64,000 nucleotides of DNA, taken from the NCBI RefSeq assembly GCF_006345805.1, contig NC_042998.1, positions 123,256,001 to 123,320,000 of the forward strand, written 5' to 3'. The position numbers and the translations under genes were made by a program. The stretch is from Octopus sinensis. Lineage: Eukaryota. The notes beneath the pieces are model-generated. The model had not been told where the DNA came from. It saw nothing but the letters and a program-made list of their open reading frames with translations, and made no database searches. Within the stretch, counting starts at the first letter, position 1. Each line of letters begins with the position of its first letter. This document shows, one piece after another, positions 1-13,907 of this stretch.

Positions 1-1312
1 TGTTACAGAAACAATTTAGCTGTTTTGTGAGAAAATGTATTTGATTAGAATTCGATATGTTATAATTACTATGTAAATGCATATTGTTGTTTGCGTTTGT
101 TTGCATGGAAGAGATATCGTGACATGTTATTAGGCTTGCATTACTGTAATTACTATTGTTGTGCTAATTGCTTAACTTTTCTTTAGTCATGTCTAGTGAC
201 AGGTATTATGTGATAAGTGATGCGGTATAACCACTACGTACTTGGATAAAATCTAGTCTCATAATATTGTGCAGTGTGAAAGAATTTTTGGTGGGTATGA
301 TGTCACAAGATGTTAAGTATTGCAAATAATGTTATAATTTGGTGGGGTTTAGTTCTGGTGTAGCATCGCACGCACTATGTGACGTAGTATTGCAAGGAGT
401 AAATGGTGTGTTAACATGTAGCAGAGATTGAAGCAAAGCAATAAAGATTTAATGTAAAAAAATAGAATACAGACCTTTATGATACATCAATGTCTTTTGT
501 GATCGAATTCTGCATATTATGCACACTTACGGTTGCATAACAATATGGGATGAGAAGATATTTTATAGAAGTGTATATAGTACTGACTGTATCACTTAAG
601 CAACAGCATCTCATAACTGTAACATGCATTTTCAGAAAAGACCATCTAAAATATTCGTTTACATTCTGTGTATACAGCAGGTTGTGCGTATACAAATATT
701 CTGAATTAAACAAAGGGATAAATGAACCGTTAGTCACATTTTATTAGATCTTTTCAAGGATTATAACACTTCTTTTAAATTACGTTCTTTATGAATCTGT
801 ATATATTTCTCGGGTTTTCTGGAAATGTATTCTGCACACCGATAGCATCTGACAGTAGCTTTGTTAAACATGTTTTCAGAACTACATCATATAGTAAGAG
901 GCTCCCATTAAGTTAGTTTTACATGGGATTCACATTATGTAATTGTTGCATCCATTAATCGATTTTATTTCGATTCAAAATGTTATGTGCTCTGGTGTAT
1001 ATGCCTCACACTCCCACCACTCGCATAAAATCTTCCCAATACACACTCACTTGCGCACATACAAACAGACAGACAAATAGACAGATAGACACTCACACAC
1101 TCACAAACACACAGAGACAAACATAGGCATTCCTGTAGGGAGTTCTTCGAAACATTCGAAGTGTTCAATACAAGAAGATAACTTGAAATTTCTTTCATTT
1201 ATATCAATATTTTAACGCAGCTATCCGTCATTTGACTATTTTAGGATTCGACAATCGATTGTTTATTTAGTTCCAAGGACTTCTATTATACATGTATACA
1301 CATGCATCAATC

Positions 1313-1340
1313 CGTCTGTCTATCTGTCTGTCTGCCTGTC

Positions 1341-1433
<93 letters not shown>

Positions 1434-1481
1434 CCTATCTGTCTGTCTGTCTATCTGTCTGTCTGTCTATCTATTTGTCTA

Positions 1482-1529
<48 letters not shown>

Positions 1530-1538
1530 TCTATCTAT
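1313..1538. repeat. (TCTA)n/(TCTG)n compound microsatellite
   Basis: Directly visible tetranucleotide run; it explains the LSIY/YLSI pseudo-ORFs at 1292 and 1302. Confidence 0.97.
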
Positions 1539-3085
1539 GCATGTAGATCTATATGCATGCCTGCATACATAGCTATGTACATAGATACATATACACATAC
1601 ATACACACCCACACATACATACACACGCACACATACACACAAACACACACACATATGTAGTTCGAGTCAATCTCTGGCTACACTTACTTAAGTTGTGGAT
1701 GCACAGGTCCCTATGAAGGTATTGGCTGAGCACTGTACCCACTCTGACCCTCCCAGGAATAGTGGAGGAAGGAGGATAGATTTTATATATAATCTCCAAT
1801 TGTTACCTTTGAGTAGTGAGGCATTTCCCCCTCCATATTTTGAAGAGGTTTTGGGATTTGATCATAAAGCTAAACTCTTTATGGACGGGAAACATAAGGT
1901 AATCCCATAACCCGGCCTTCACCATTTTTAATATTTACTGCTCTACACCTTGGAGTATGTTCTTTTTTAGGATGTATGTTTTCTACAAACGATGTATATG
2001 TAAGTACATATATATATATATATATTATATATATATATATATATATATCATACATAAATATAAGAGGGGATTTTTTAACCACTATGTGGAAACGCTTATG
2101 CTGGAAGAAGATCCGCTATGGTCTCAACCACTAAGAATTGTTCTCCAGAAAATTTAGCATACCAGAAACGTAAGCGAGCAAGACAAATGAAAAATATCAA
2201 AAATATAGATTAATCACAAACAATTGTTTCACTATCAATAAATTACGTAAATTTACTTACACAACTTATATATAGATCGTCAGTGTGATCCTCTTTGCAA
2301 GATATAATCTGTAGAACTACCTGCCAGATATCAACACGAGGTTGAAAATGCATGTAGTTCCACCTATTATATTTGCGGTGGAACTACATGCTGTAAGAAC
2401 AAATTTATTCGTACTGAACTCAGCGTGGTTGTCGGTAAGGCATCAACAATGATGGTTCAATATTCCAAGTGTTACGAGAGAAAAACAATGCTGATTATCT
2501 TAAAGAAAATGAAAGTCTCTAATTTCTGTGTCTCCATCACTTAAGCGAACATAAATGTTGGGTCGAAACATGGACAACATATACACACGAGAAGCACCGC
2601 TTTAAGGTCTTGTAATCATGGGTGTGTTACAAAAGGGGAAGAGTTTAACAATGGATGTTTCTATTAGAGTAATATATAAGCCAAAATCAATAAACAGATA
2701 CCCTTTACATATAATAAATAGTGAAACTTATCAGGACTGAACTGCAATATATTTAAAATCTGGAGACGACGATTTCATCAGTTATAAAAGTATTCTCATA
2801 ATCCGTTCCAACAGACATCAAAGACGCTCGAACAAATACAATAATTACCCTCATTTCATTCCGATGAGAAGAAGGTGAAGGTATTCAAGCGTTAATGCAC
2901 TAACTGATTCGGGAATAATACTATTCTTTTAAACTAAGTACAAACAACGAATAAGAAAGTATGAAAATTCCTACTTGAGATATTTTAATTTCAAATATAG
3001 TCGCCTTTTCTCCTTATAACAGGTTTGACAGAACTGCTTTTTTTCCATTTACAAGGAAACATATATACATACATGCGAACATAAG

Positions 3086-3126
<41 letters not shown>

Positions 3127-4473
3127 GCACGAACACACACAGACACGCACATACATGTACATCATGCAGGCACACACACACGCACACGCACATATACATG
3201 ATGCACACGCACATATACATGATGCACACATACACACATACGTATGTATGCAATATCATACATCATTGCATAGGGGTACGTCGAAGAATGTGTTCATGGG
3301 TTTTTGTTTAGTTACAGGGTGTAAATGAAAATAAATTTGCTCCCTATTTCTAACGAGTCGAAGAGGGCGTAACAGCTTTATTTCATTAACTTAAAACAAT
3401 GTTGGCAGCTGTTGTTTGAAGGTCTATAAACCCTGATCGAACATAGCTATAATAAAAGACCTTCTAATCGTAAGCTTTTCGTAAGTTTGTACATTATAAA
3501 CATATCGTCCGATATATCTTTATTTAAGAGGATAGGTTGTGATTTAAGAGAAGTTCAGCTCTTTTTCCCTGCAGAATTGTGAATCATTGACATCAACTAA
3601 AATTGATTGTCTTCACCTTACATCAAATATCAAATTGCTTTATTAAGCTGTGATATAAGAAACAGCTATGAAGATGTCTTCTTCTACCAGAAAATCATAC
3701 GCCCGCACATGCGCTCACCCCAACTTTCCTCACTTCAGAGATACAGTAGAAAGAGTGAGTCGCTAATATTTCATAAAATCAGAGAGAGATTTGTTGGAAA
3801 AGTGAGCGCACAGTAGCAGTTAACTACAGAATATTTAGTAGGCGATGAAACGACAATAAGTTTCAGTTTCATAAATGGATATACATACGTAAACCCCATT
3901 ATAAAAAGGGTTTTATTTCCATTGTTTGCTTTATATTTTATGTACGTTATTAGGTGTGTTATTTTTCATATTGTATAATTTTATATATTTCAAAAAATAT
4001 TTTATTTTATAGGATAATCTAGCATCATTTGATTTCCATTACTCTAAAATTATGAATATTTACGAACCGTTTGAACGTTAATAAAATATTTTTCGTATCA
4101 TAATTCTTCACAGCTGTCGCTGTTCATATTTCGGCTGTACAAATTATCATGAATATTAATGAATCTTGCGACTGACTTCATAACGGAATGTCTTCTGGAA
4201 AGATATTGCATTATTGTATCCATATGTTTTAAACTTAGTCATATTTCATCTATTTACATTAAGTGTTCACCTCCGGCGGCACCGGCACTGATTTACATTG
4301 GTTTTTAAGCTTCCCCTGAAGACCATTTATAACTTAGAGAACAAATGTTAGAGGGATAATTGTTTCTCAAATAATCTCTTCCAAATGTGAATCGTAAGGA
4401 GCAAATTCAAAATACATGATGACTTTTGGCCGAAGAAAGATTTGATACACACACACACACACACTCATATACA

Positions 4474-5156
4474 CGAGGGAAGCCAGAATTAATCCAAACT
4501 TTCGCCATAATATATCTTTATTATTCTCACACTGCCTTCTACGCATGCGTAGTTATAGTTGGTACTATTGTGGTCACGTGATCGAAGATTGAGCCTGATC
4601 GCGCCATGTTTTCTGGCCTTACAGTGTAAGCAATGCCGCTCCACTAGCAATTTGCACTAAAGAAGAACAAAAAGAAGCGATCTGATTTTTCTCGTCGGAA
4701 GGTAAGTCAAATGCTGGAAAAGAAGTGTGCGACCAACAGTGTAAGATATAAGTGTTTTGCTGGCCAACGAACTGAAGCCAGTAATTCGCACGAACGCCGA
4801 AACCTAATTTCGATGAAAGTTTTGTTATTGCATGACAATGCACACCTAAACACGGCAGCCCAGACTGTTGAAACCATTAACCAAATATACTAAAGGCCTT
4901 CTATGAAATTCAGCACCTGACATTCCTGCCAACCGGAGAAATCGGATCATTGCTCCTTGTTCTTCTTTGGTGCACATTGCTAGTCGAGCAGCCATGCTTA
5001 CATAGTAAAGACAGAAAGAACAATGGCGCTGCCAGGCTCAAACGTCGATCACCTGACCGCAATAGTACCAACTATAAGCACGCATGCGCAGAAGACAGTG
5101 TGGCAATAATAAAGATATGTTATGGCGAAAGTGCGGATAATTTTTGACTTTCCCTC
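4474..5156 (+). mobile_element. Non-autonomous mariner derivative with ~110 bp imperfect TIRs
   Basis: The left end (cgagggaagccagaattaatcc...ctttcgccataatatatctttattatt...gcatgcgt...tatagttggtactattg) mirrors the reverse complement of 5045-5156. An internal remnant reads VLLLHDNAHLNTAAQTVETI, matching the mariner HDNARPH catalytic motif. Confidence 0.85.
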
Positions 5157-5496
5157 CATTATTATTTAATAAACACAATATATGTTTATATGTGCTATTA
5201 TTAGTTTCATGCAATGAAAGCACGCCAGACAGTGTTTGTTAACTCTTCTGCTGTCTGAACACTGTTCACATGGGTCAACAAACTAAAAATAGGAGGGTAG
5301 AATAAGAGAAAAAGCAAGAAAAGGCGAGCAAGAAATAAATATAAAAGCTAGAAGACGGAAAAAGTGGAAAATGGAAAAGAAAACAGAAAGAAGCAAAAGG
5401 AGTTGGGAGAATTAGAGTTATTTTCCCTTTGACGATGAAATATAAGCCTGAAAAAAGAATGGCCTAGAATCGGTCTGTCTGTCTGTCTCTCTCTCT

Positions 5497-5513
5497 TTAT
5501 GTATGTATATATA

Positions 5514-5547
<34 letters not shown>

Positions 5548-5580
5548 AATATATATATATATACATATACATACACACAC

Positions 5581-5674
<94 letters not shown>

Positions 5675-5711
5675 GTATAAAACAGACATACGAATAGATA
5701 GATAGATAGAC

Positions 5712-5785
<74 letters not shown>
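5497..5785. repeat. (TA)n plus (TAGA)n microsatellite block
   Basis: Directly visible. Confidence 0.95.
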
Positions 5786-6066
5786 GTATTCCGTATTACA
5801 ATAAGAAGTGGTGCAATGTACCAATATTTTCGTCTCCAGTGAAATGTAATAAACTATTCCAGATCGTCTTAAGATTATTCGCATAAGTTTAGACTGGCTA
5901 GTTTGTACTGATATCGACTCGTATAGGTTGTAATACAGAAGCTATACCTTGTATTTCTTTTACATATATTACGCAAAGCTGAGATGGACGTATGAAATGA
6001 CTTTAAAATATCACTATATTTTAAGACTTAGCCGCTCTTCATTAGTGACCGATATAATAAACAAAT

Positions 6067-6138
6067 CCTAGGGTCGATTTGGTCCACTAGAATCCTTCAA
6101 GGTGCTTTCCAGCAGGACCACATTCAAATGACTAAAAA
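6067..6138 (+). mobile_element. 3' tail fragment of SINE family b
   Basis: gggtcgattt...caaggtgctttccagcaggaccacattcaaatgact resembles the 3' ends at 28570-28637 and 32630-32700. Confidence 0.5.
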
Positions 6139-6829
6139 TATGTATATGGATTAAATGATTATTCCGGAACTTATTCACGATCTACTTCAATTACGGATTC
6201 CCATTTGCTTGATAGACAGCCAGACCGTCATTTAAAGATACTTTTGTTAAATATTATTGTTTTTGTTGAATAAATTTTGTTGAAAAAAGTCACAATAATT
6301 ATGCTCCGACCTAATACATACATGTACACAGATACTTTCTTTAACATAATTAACAGAAACAATATCGACAACCCATGTTGTTTAGCGGTATCATGTTATC
6401 GTTAATTAAAGTGTTATAAGCATTTGCAACGATAGTTCACACGTTCATGTACATACAGACGTAGCTAGACCTTCCGCTGAAGTAAATTACCACAGACGGA
6501 AATGCTCCTCATTGCGCAAACTTTCGTAAAGCTGGAACTAATTAAATAAGGGAATATCATATGCTATTGCATGCCTTGCTCTTTGCGTTTTACTGTTCCC
6601 TTTATTTGGAAGAACTCGTATCGAACTACATCATCAGAAAACTCTTTGTCAGCAGGAGGTTATATTTTAATTTCTTTGATTTAGTAATTCATTGTCCTCT
6701 ACAATTTGTTTGAGAGCCTCATTTGTGCAAAGTATAACTTATTTTATTTCATGTATGTGCTGGGATTGTAGCTACTATACTCCGTTGTAGTTTACAAATC
6801 AATAAAGTTAGTACAAGGTCAGATTACAT

Positions 6830-7396
6830 GTGATATTCCACATATCATGAAAACCAAGTTCTCCCAAACACTGAGGGTAATGTCATGCTGCCCTACATAT
6901 TTGGACATGACCTTGTGTTCAACGGTAGTTAAATCTAGCTTAGAGAGGGCTGCTTTGGATGGCCATATGTGTGGCAGGAGCATTCATTTTTCCTGCCACT
7001 AGAACGAGGCGAAAGTTTTTATCGAAGAATTTCTACGACTTCGCCAGCCCCAATTTCTGGCCTCCTAATTCCCCCAATTGTAACCCCATGGATTGCTATG
7101 TATGGGGCAAGGCTGGGAAAGACACCAACCAATCTGCATACAAAACCAAGGCCAAGTTGCTGGCTGTGTTCAAGGTTGTTTTCAAAGACCTTTCCAAGGA
7201 CTCAGTGATGAAAGTATGTGCCAGCTTTCGGAGCCGCCTTGAAGCCATGGCGGATAGCTAGTTTGAACAAGCTGCTGTCTGCCAGCAATAATATAGTTGT
7301 TATTTTTCGAATTTTTAAAATACATTCAATTTTGGAGTTGATATTGTGTTTTCTTTTCCTTTTATGCCAAATGTCTCCTTTACGCGGAATACACCG
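6830..7396 (+). mobile_element. 3' fragment of a maT (Bmmar1-like, DD37D-type) transposon, degenerate
   Basis: Translated remnants DIPHIMKTKF and KNFYDFASPNFWPPNSPNCNPMDCYVWG...FRSRLEAM. It ends in a putative TIR (ctcctttacgcggaatacaccg) followed by TA. Confidence 0.8.
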
Positions 7397-7684
7397 TATA
7401 GTTTATGGTGAAGAAGGTGTAGACAATAGTTCTGAAAAAAGAAGAGAGATTAAAATATCTAAAGAATGCATAATCCTTTCCGAAGCGATATACTGCAATG
7501 CATAGTTAACAGATTTCGTCTCAGATTAGTCTTGTAGCGAGTTCCGCGAAATTATGGATTAGTTGGTGTAGTAAAAACAGCCCAATGAAGCCATCAATAA
7601 CCTTTACTTCTTCAGCGCATATATATGGGGGTTTCGTTCATAAGTGGCATTACGAACGTAGCGACTAACGCAGGAACAGACATA

Positions 7685-8610
7685 CAGGTGTAGGACAAAA
7701 TAATGGAAACACCTAGCATCAAAGCATCATAATTTTGAAATATCTATTAAACCGTCAAAAGCTTGTTTATTTTTGTTTTTGATTTATTATTTGTGCTGCT
7801 TAATATGTTTTGCTAAAATTGCTGTTTCTTTTCAGATATCATTAGAAAAAGGTAATTAAAATTCATCAAAATGACATATCTATCGGACTTTAAAAAAAGT
7901 CAAATTGCTGGTGCTCGTACAGCAGGCGCTAGCGTAACCAACACAGCCAAAATGTTTGGTGTATCAAGAAGTACTGACGCAAAAGTAACGACAATTTTTG
8001 AGGAAGAGGGAAAAACCTCCTCGTCGAATCAAAACTCCAGAAGAAAACCAAAACTGTCAGATAAGGATGGTCGGACTCTTACGCGACTTGTTAGAAAGGA
8101 TCACAAAACTACAGCTCCCAAAATTACTGCAGTGCTTAATGACCATCTCCGGAACCCAGCTTCTACAAAAGCTGTTCGCCGGGAGCAGCACAAAGCCGCA
8201 TTTCACGGGAGGGCTGCAATCAGAAAACCACTACTTTCAAAAACAAACGTTGCAAAGCGTTTAGATTGGAGTCAAAACCTATAGAATTGGTCCCAAGAGC
8301 AGTAGAAGCATGTGATTTTCTCGGACGAGTCATCCTTTACCCAGACCTCAATATTAAGGAACATTTATGGTGCATATTAGAAAAAGAAATCAAGTAAGGA
8401 GTCGATAACCTCCACCATCATCACTACAAGAACTGGAGAAGGTTTTAACGGAGAAATGGACAAAAATTCCTTTGGAAACAATTCAAACCTTGTACAAGTC
8501 CATACCTCGTAGAACTTAAGCTGTAATTACTGCCAAAGTCGGCCCTACCACATGTTAAAATAAGTCTGTTTGAAATTTTAAAGGGTTTTCATTATTTTGT
8601 CCAACCCCTG
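7685..8610 (+). mobile_element. Tc1-like transposon, internally deleted
   Basis: TIRs: CAGGTGTAGGACAAAATAATGGAAAC at the left, GTTTTCATTATTTTGTCCAACCCCTG at the right, with TA at the left flank. The transposase N-terminus runs 7871-8284 and is followed by VIFSDES. Confidence 0.92.
7871..8284 (+). pseudogene. Tc1 transposase DNA-binding (HTH) region, truncated
   Basis: MTYLSDFKKSQIAGARTAGASVTNTAKMFGVSRST...GRAAIRKPLLSKTN; stop codons and a deletion follow. Confidence 0.88.
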
Positions 8611-8692
8611 TGTGTAAGTATATGTCCTAGCGTTTGTTCATATATGTATGTGTGTCTGCATGTGTTAATGCACGTATTTGACAATATGTATA

Positions 8693-9372
8693 CGCGGGCT
8701 GATCAATAAGTATTCGGGCTGTTACCCTAGTAACAAAGTGTAAAGCTGTACATGCATGCTAAGTTTTTAACGTTCTAGCTCAATTCCGTTGCTTACAACA
8801 CAGCTTGGAAAGGTGTGGAACATGTGATCGTCGTATTGACCACGACAGAGAAAGTCGTACTGGCGATAACTACTCAGAGGCCTACTCTAAGTTGCAGAAA
8901 GTGTATGGAGAGGAGTGTATCAGCCGCACACAAGGGTACGAGTGGTTCAGACGTTTCCAAGATGGCCGAAAAAATGTCGATCGTTTTGGGGGATCCGCTA
9001 TCAGCAGAATTGACAAAAATATCGCAGATGTGCGTGCAGCTGTGAGGGGAAATCGTCGAATCACCGTCCGTGGGTTATCAGAGAATGTTACGTTTCAGTT
9101 CAGTCCATTATCACCGGAGATTTGGGTATGAGACATGTATCTGCCAAGTTTGTGCCAAAACTGCTTTCATCTCACCCAAAAATCACTCGCAAATCAGTTG
9201 TACAAGATCTCCTTGATTATTTCGAGAACTATAAAATCTTTTTGAAACCTTTGTTTAGGCCTTCTGAGTAGGTATCACCAAGCTTTTGGCAAAATTTGAT
9301 GTAGATTCTCTGCTCAATTTTCTCTGTCATGGTCAATGCGACGATCACACGCTGCACTCATTCCTTCGAATC
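8693..9372 (+). mobile_element. Degenerate mariner element (5' TIR plus HTH remnant)
   Basis: Starts TA-cgcgggctgatcaataagtatt. Remnant EAYSKLQKVYGEECISRTQGYEWFRRFQDGR...VRGNRRITVR, then a KFVPK-like stretch. The right end is approximate. Confidence 0.85.
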
Positions 9373-9784
9373 ACTGCTGTAAACAGCGGAAGTGGGCTAG
9401 GATTTTATTCCAGTCTTGATCACAACTGTCGGATGAACGGGAACGTGAAACTCTGACTAACAGTTTTTGTGATGCTTTTGTAGCTTTAAAAAAAAAGCAT
9501 TATTATTCTACCTTCAGTTTTCGAGTACTATTTTTCTACCTTGTTTTGCATTTATGCGTTTACTCGTGCATATGTGTGTGTCTGTGTGTATTTCCATATA
9601 TATATTTCGTCGTAAAAATAGAATATGTATATTACTTAACAGAAAATTATTGAGACATACACCGTTTTAATGTTTAACACATTTTGCTAGAGAACTATAA
9701 AACAGACATTGTAATATTTGCGTATATACATAAAACACAGACACAGACACAAACACACACTCTCTCACACACAATGTATATATA

Positions 9785-9828
<44 letters not shown>

Positions 9829-10502
9829 AGAGAGAGACAGATTTGTGTGCGTGCGTTTGTGTGTATGTGTGTGTGTTTGTGTGTTTGTGTGCGTGAATGT
9901 ATTGTGGAGAATTACATGTAGACACAAAGACGCTCAAAGAAAAATGATTTGTGCATTCGTTTGGCTTTATATGTAAATAAGACAGTGTTAAATACGCATA
10001 GAAATGCTGACAAGCTACACTAACTGTATTTAATTTTAGTAGATAAAACTTGAAATAGATATCATCGTTTCACGCACGTATGCAGGTGGATATTAATTTT
10101 AGTCGATAATGCTGTGAAAATAATGTGTGAATTTTATGTTGCAGTTTCGAAAATATATAATGTTATGTAGATGCAAAGTACAAATACACATCGCGTACAC
10201 ATTCAGACATTCACCCATACATATTGACTCGTGTATTTAGTTGCTTGCTTAAGCCATCGAGTGAAATATTTAATATGTATTTATCAGTACCGACGTCCTG
10301 TGTTCATATATGAATAACACGTTAATATGTTCCATTGTACAGAAAAAGAGAACCCTGTAGGCTAACTACGTCATGTCTCACCTAATTGTGAGATTAGCAT
10401 TGTATTAGAATTCTTGAAAAAGTATCACGTCTAATGGTTTTCTGATTTAATTATACATACATATACACACACACATACGTACATACACATATATACGTAT
10501 AA

Positions 10503-10604
<102 letters not shown>

Positions 10605-11580
10605 ATGCACACGCACACAGACACCCACATATACATATTGAAGTCTTATTTATTATACCATTAGTCTATACTGTCGTGAAAGTATTAAAGAATATATACA
10701 CGCAGCCTACACTAAAACCGATAACGTGTATGATTTATTTATTCTCAGGGAATGTCTATTTTCCATTGCATAATCAATATAGAATTTTGCATTTGAGTTA
10801 TTAATCTCTTATTTGTCAATTACGTTGAGAGGTATGCTTCGATAAATAAAAGCGAAAAACTCTGAGTCTGTGGCCTGTACTTCACAACAAAATGAAAATT
10901 ATATTAATCTTTGACTTATTTTGTATTTTCTAAGTGCACGGTTTTTCTAGCTAGTTTTTAAATGCTTCCTGCTTTTTAGTTAACGTTTTAATGATATTCG
11001 TGTTAAATATACTTGTACCACTACATTTTTTCATGTAGGAGGGACCTCTAAACTACCATTAATGGTCTCCGTTTGCTTATTCACCTACTTCATCCATAAG
11101 AACCGTTCTTTTATATGATATATATGAGGAAAACTAAATGTGTGGTTAGATCCCTGGTAATTCTTACTCTTTCAACAACTTACGAAATGCGTCCCATTCT
11201 GCACTAGCATAATACTCTGTTGCAGAATACAAATTTCTGAAGAGAATATTCACAAATTTCTATCGTTTATATTTAGGCAACTCCGCATCGTTGAAAACCT
11301 AATTACATAAATACACAGATACATAGATATATACGTGCACATACATTATTTATTTGTTTGACAATAAAGCAGTCTCAAGTTGATACAGTTCAGTTTCTAG
11401 CTACTGTTGGTATCAGTTTCCGAAATACAGATTCAAATATCTAGTTTCATAGCATTTATTCAGTCGTCATTTGGGAAGTGAGTTGTTGCAAGATAGCACT
11501 GGCAATGAATTTCGTGTAACACGAACAGACACATTTGTTTCCATATCTAAAATACACATTCTCAAATTTATGGATATTAT

Positions 11581-11788
11581 TTTCTATACTAGGCACAAGA
11601 CCCGAAATTTTGGGGGAGGGGACCAGTCGATTAGATCGACCCCAGTATGCAGCTGGTAATTAGTTTATCTACTCCGAAAGGATGAAAGGCAAAGTCGACC
11701 TCGGCAGAATTTGAACTCAACATAAAGACAGATGAAACACAGATAAGTATATCGCCCGGCGTGCTAACGTTTCTGCCGGTTCGCCGCC
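11581..11788 (-). mobile_element. SINE family a
   Basis: The reverse complement reads ggcggcgaaccggcagaaacgttagcacgccgggcga...gagttcaaattctgccgaggtcgactttgcctttcatcctttcgg...ttgtgcctag. The family is repeated many times in this window. Confidence 0.9.
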
Positions 11789-11810
11789 ATTCAAATTTAT
11801 GGATATTCTT

Positions 11811-11997
11811 TTCTACTCTAGGCACAAGGCTCGAAATTTTAGGTGAGGGAGCAAATAGATTAGATCGACTCCAGTGCGCAACTGATACTTAATTTATGGA
11901 CTCCGAAAGGATGAAAGGCAAAGTTGACATCGGCGAACTTTGAACTCAGAACGTAAAGTACGTAAAAACGTGTTAACGTTTCTGTCAGCTCGCCGCC
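11811..11997 (-). mobile_element. SINE family a, second tandem copy
   Basis: Same blocks as 11581-11788, diverged and with a short internal deletion. Confidence 0.88.
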
Positions 11998-12479
11998 TTT
12001 CAAATTTATAGACATTACATTAGATAAGTATGCGGATTACGCTTGCCAACTCCAGAAGCCTCAACGAAGAACTGCCTAGACGAATTCAAATAACGTTTCA
12101 TCTTAAAAAAGAAAAAAAAATGTTAGCGGTATAAAGAAAAATAATTGTCCGTTGCTCACCTGTAGTATTTTGATACGAATGTATGACTATCTGAAAAATT
12201 TAGTAAAGAACAATTATCTGCTACCATAGCAGCAACAGTGAAGTTACACGAACACGGCACAAAAAATATAAGTTCACCTTTCAGAAAACAGCGTAGAATG
12301 CGGAAATAAATTATGGAAGTTAAATATGTTTATTTAAATTTATCTTTGTTTCAAATAAGCTCACCTAAAGAACAAAAGGAAATAAACACATATTCACTCA
12401 TTTTTTCTCTTATATTTGCCATACTAAAATAGAATATTTTGTACGTGCGTGTGATCATGTATATTTGTGTTTCGCGTGT

Positions 12480-12525
<46 letters not shown>

Positions 12526-12831
12526 CTGAAATCTTCAGAGATGTAAGAAGCTTAAACTTCTCCATCCTCACGCCGATTTAATTTGGAAAAAATGCATTAT
12601 AACATACACCATGGACCAAAGTAAAAAAAAAAAACAATATGAAAATTGTTGCTAAATTAATGTACAAATGTACACACACACTGATTTCTGCACTCGCATA
12701 CATACATGCATACATACATACATACATACATACATACATACACAACATATACACACAAATATAAAAATATGCATCTATATAAATGTGAGTGTACCTGTAT
12801 ACTTACACGCATAAGCGCACATACACATATA

Positions 12832-13693
12832 CGAGGGTGTACCCAAAAGAAACAGAGTTTTCGCAATATTATTTTATTCACTTAGTTTTATGTGTACACA
12901 TTTATGGCCCTCAGAGTAATCTCCATTTAAAGCAATGCATCGATTCAGATACGCTTTCCAATGTTGATGTAGTGCTGGAACACTCACGAAGTGATGCCTT
13001 GTAACGCCTCCGTCGTTTTCTTTCTTCACCTCTTCCCCATCTTCAAATTCCGTAGCACGGGCTTTCGTCTCCTGTGGTGACCTTCAACAAAAGGTCAGGA
13101 TCAACTTCCAACTGTTTTCTTCAGTTCACGACACGCATTCAGTCGTGACTGCTTTTGATATTCCGTGAGCAAGTGAGGCACACATTTTGCTGCAACTCCT
13201 TTCATTGGAAATTCCCCACTCAAGATCCGTTGGCAGATGCTCCAGGAGACATTAGTTATATCAAAAAGTCCGTCACTTGTTCGGTGGCGGTCCTCGAAGA
13301 ACAGTTCCTGAATTTTCATGATGTTTTCATTCGTTCGGGTGTTTGATAGTCGCCCTAAACTAGGCTGGTCGTCAAGCAACAAGTGACCGTTCCTAAAGCG
13401 TGGAAACCACTCGTAAACTGTGTGTTGCTCATGGCAGCGTCCTTGTAAGCTTTTTTGAAGCATAACAGCTGTTTCGGCCTCCGTTTTCCCCAGCGGAAAA
13501 AATAATTTCACGGAACAGAGCAGAAGTACTGCATAACAATGTCACACACACATGGCAGTTGATCCACTTAACAATGCCGGTCGACAGACTGGTGCTCGAG
13601 GGTGGAATCAAGTGACTTTTAGCGGCGGAAGCCTGCACTACAACGGGCTTGTGCAACAGAGAACAGTTCCGGTTACTTTTGGGTACCCCCTCG
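12832..13693 (-). mobile_element. Mariner element, 862 bp, internally deleted (copy 1)
   Basis: TA-CGAGGGTGTACCCAAAAG...CTTTTGGGTACCCCCTCG-TA. Transposase remnant at 13101-13511 (GKTEAET...VYEWFPRF...DQPSLGR...VAAKCVPHLLT). Confidence 0.95.
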
Positions 13694-13729
13694 TATATAG
13701 CTAGATAAACATAGATATATAAATGCGTG

Positions 13730-13840
<111 letters not shown>

Positions 13841-13875
13841 CATATGTACATATAAGAATGTGTGTGTGGTGTGTG

Positions 13876-13907
<32 letters not shown>

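Noticed and set aside
5789-5940. 13-bp near-perfect inverted ends (ttccgtattacaa / ttgtaatacagaa)
   Set aside because: Too short and AT-rich, with no clear TSD and no second copy.
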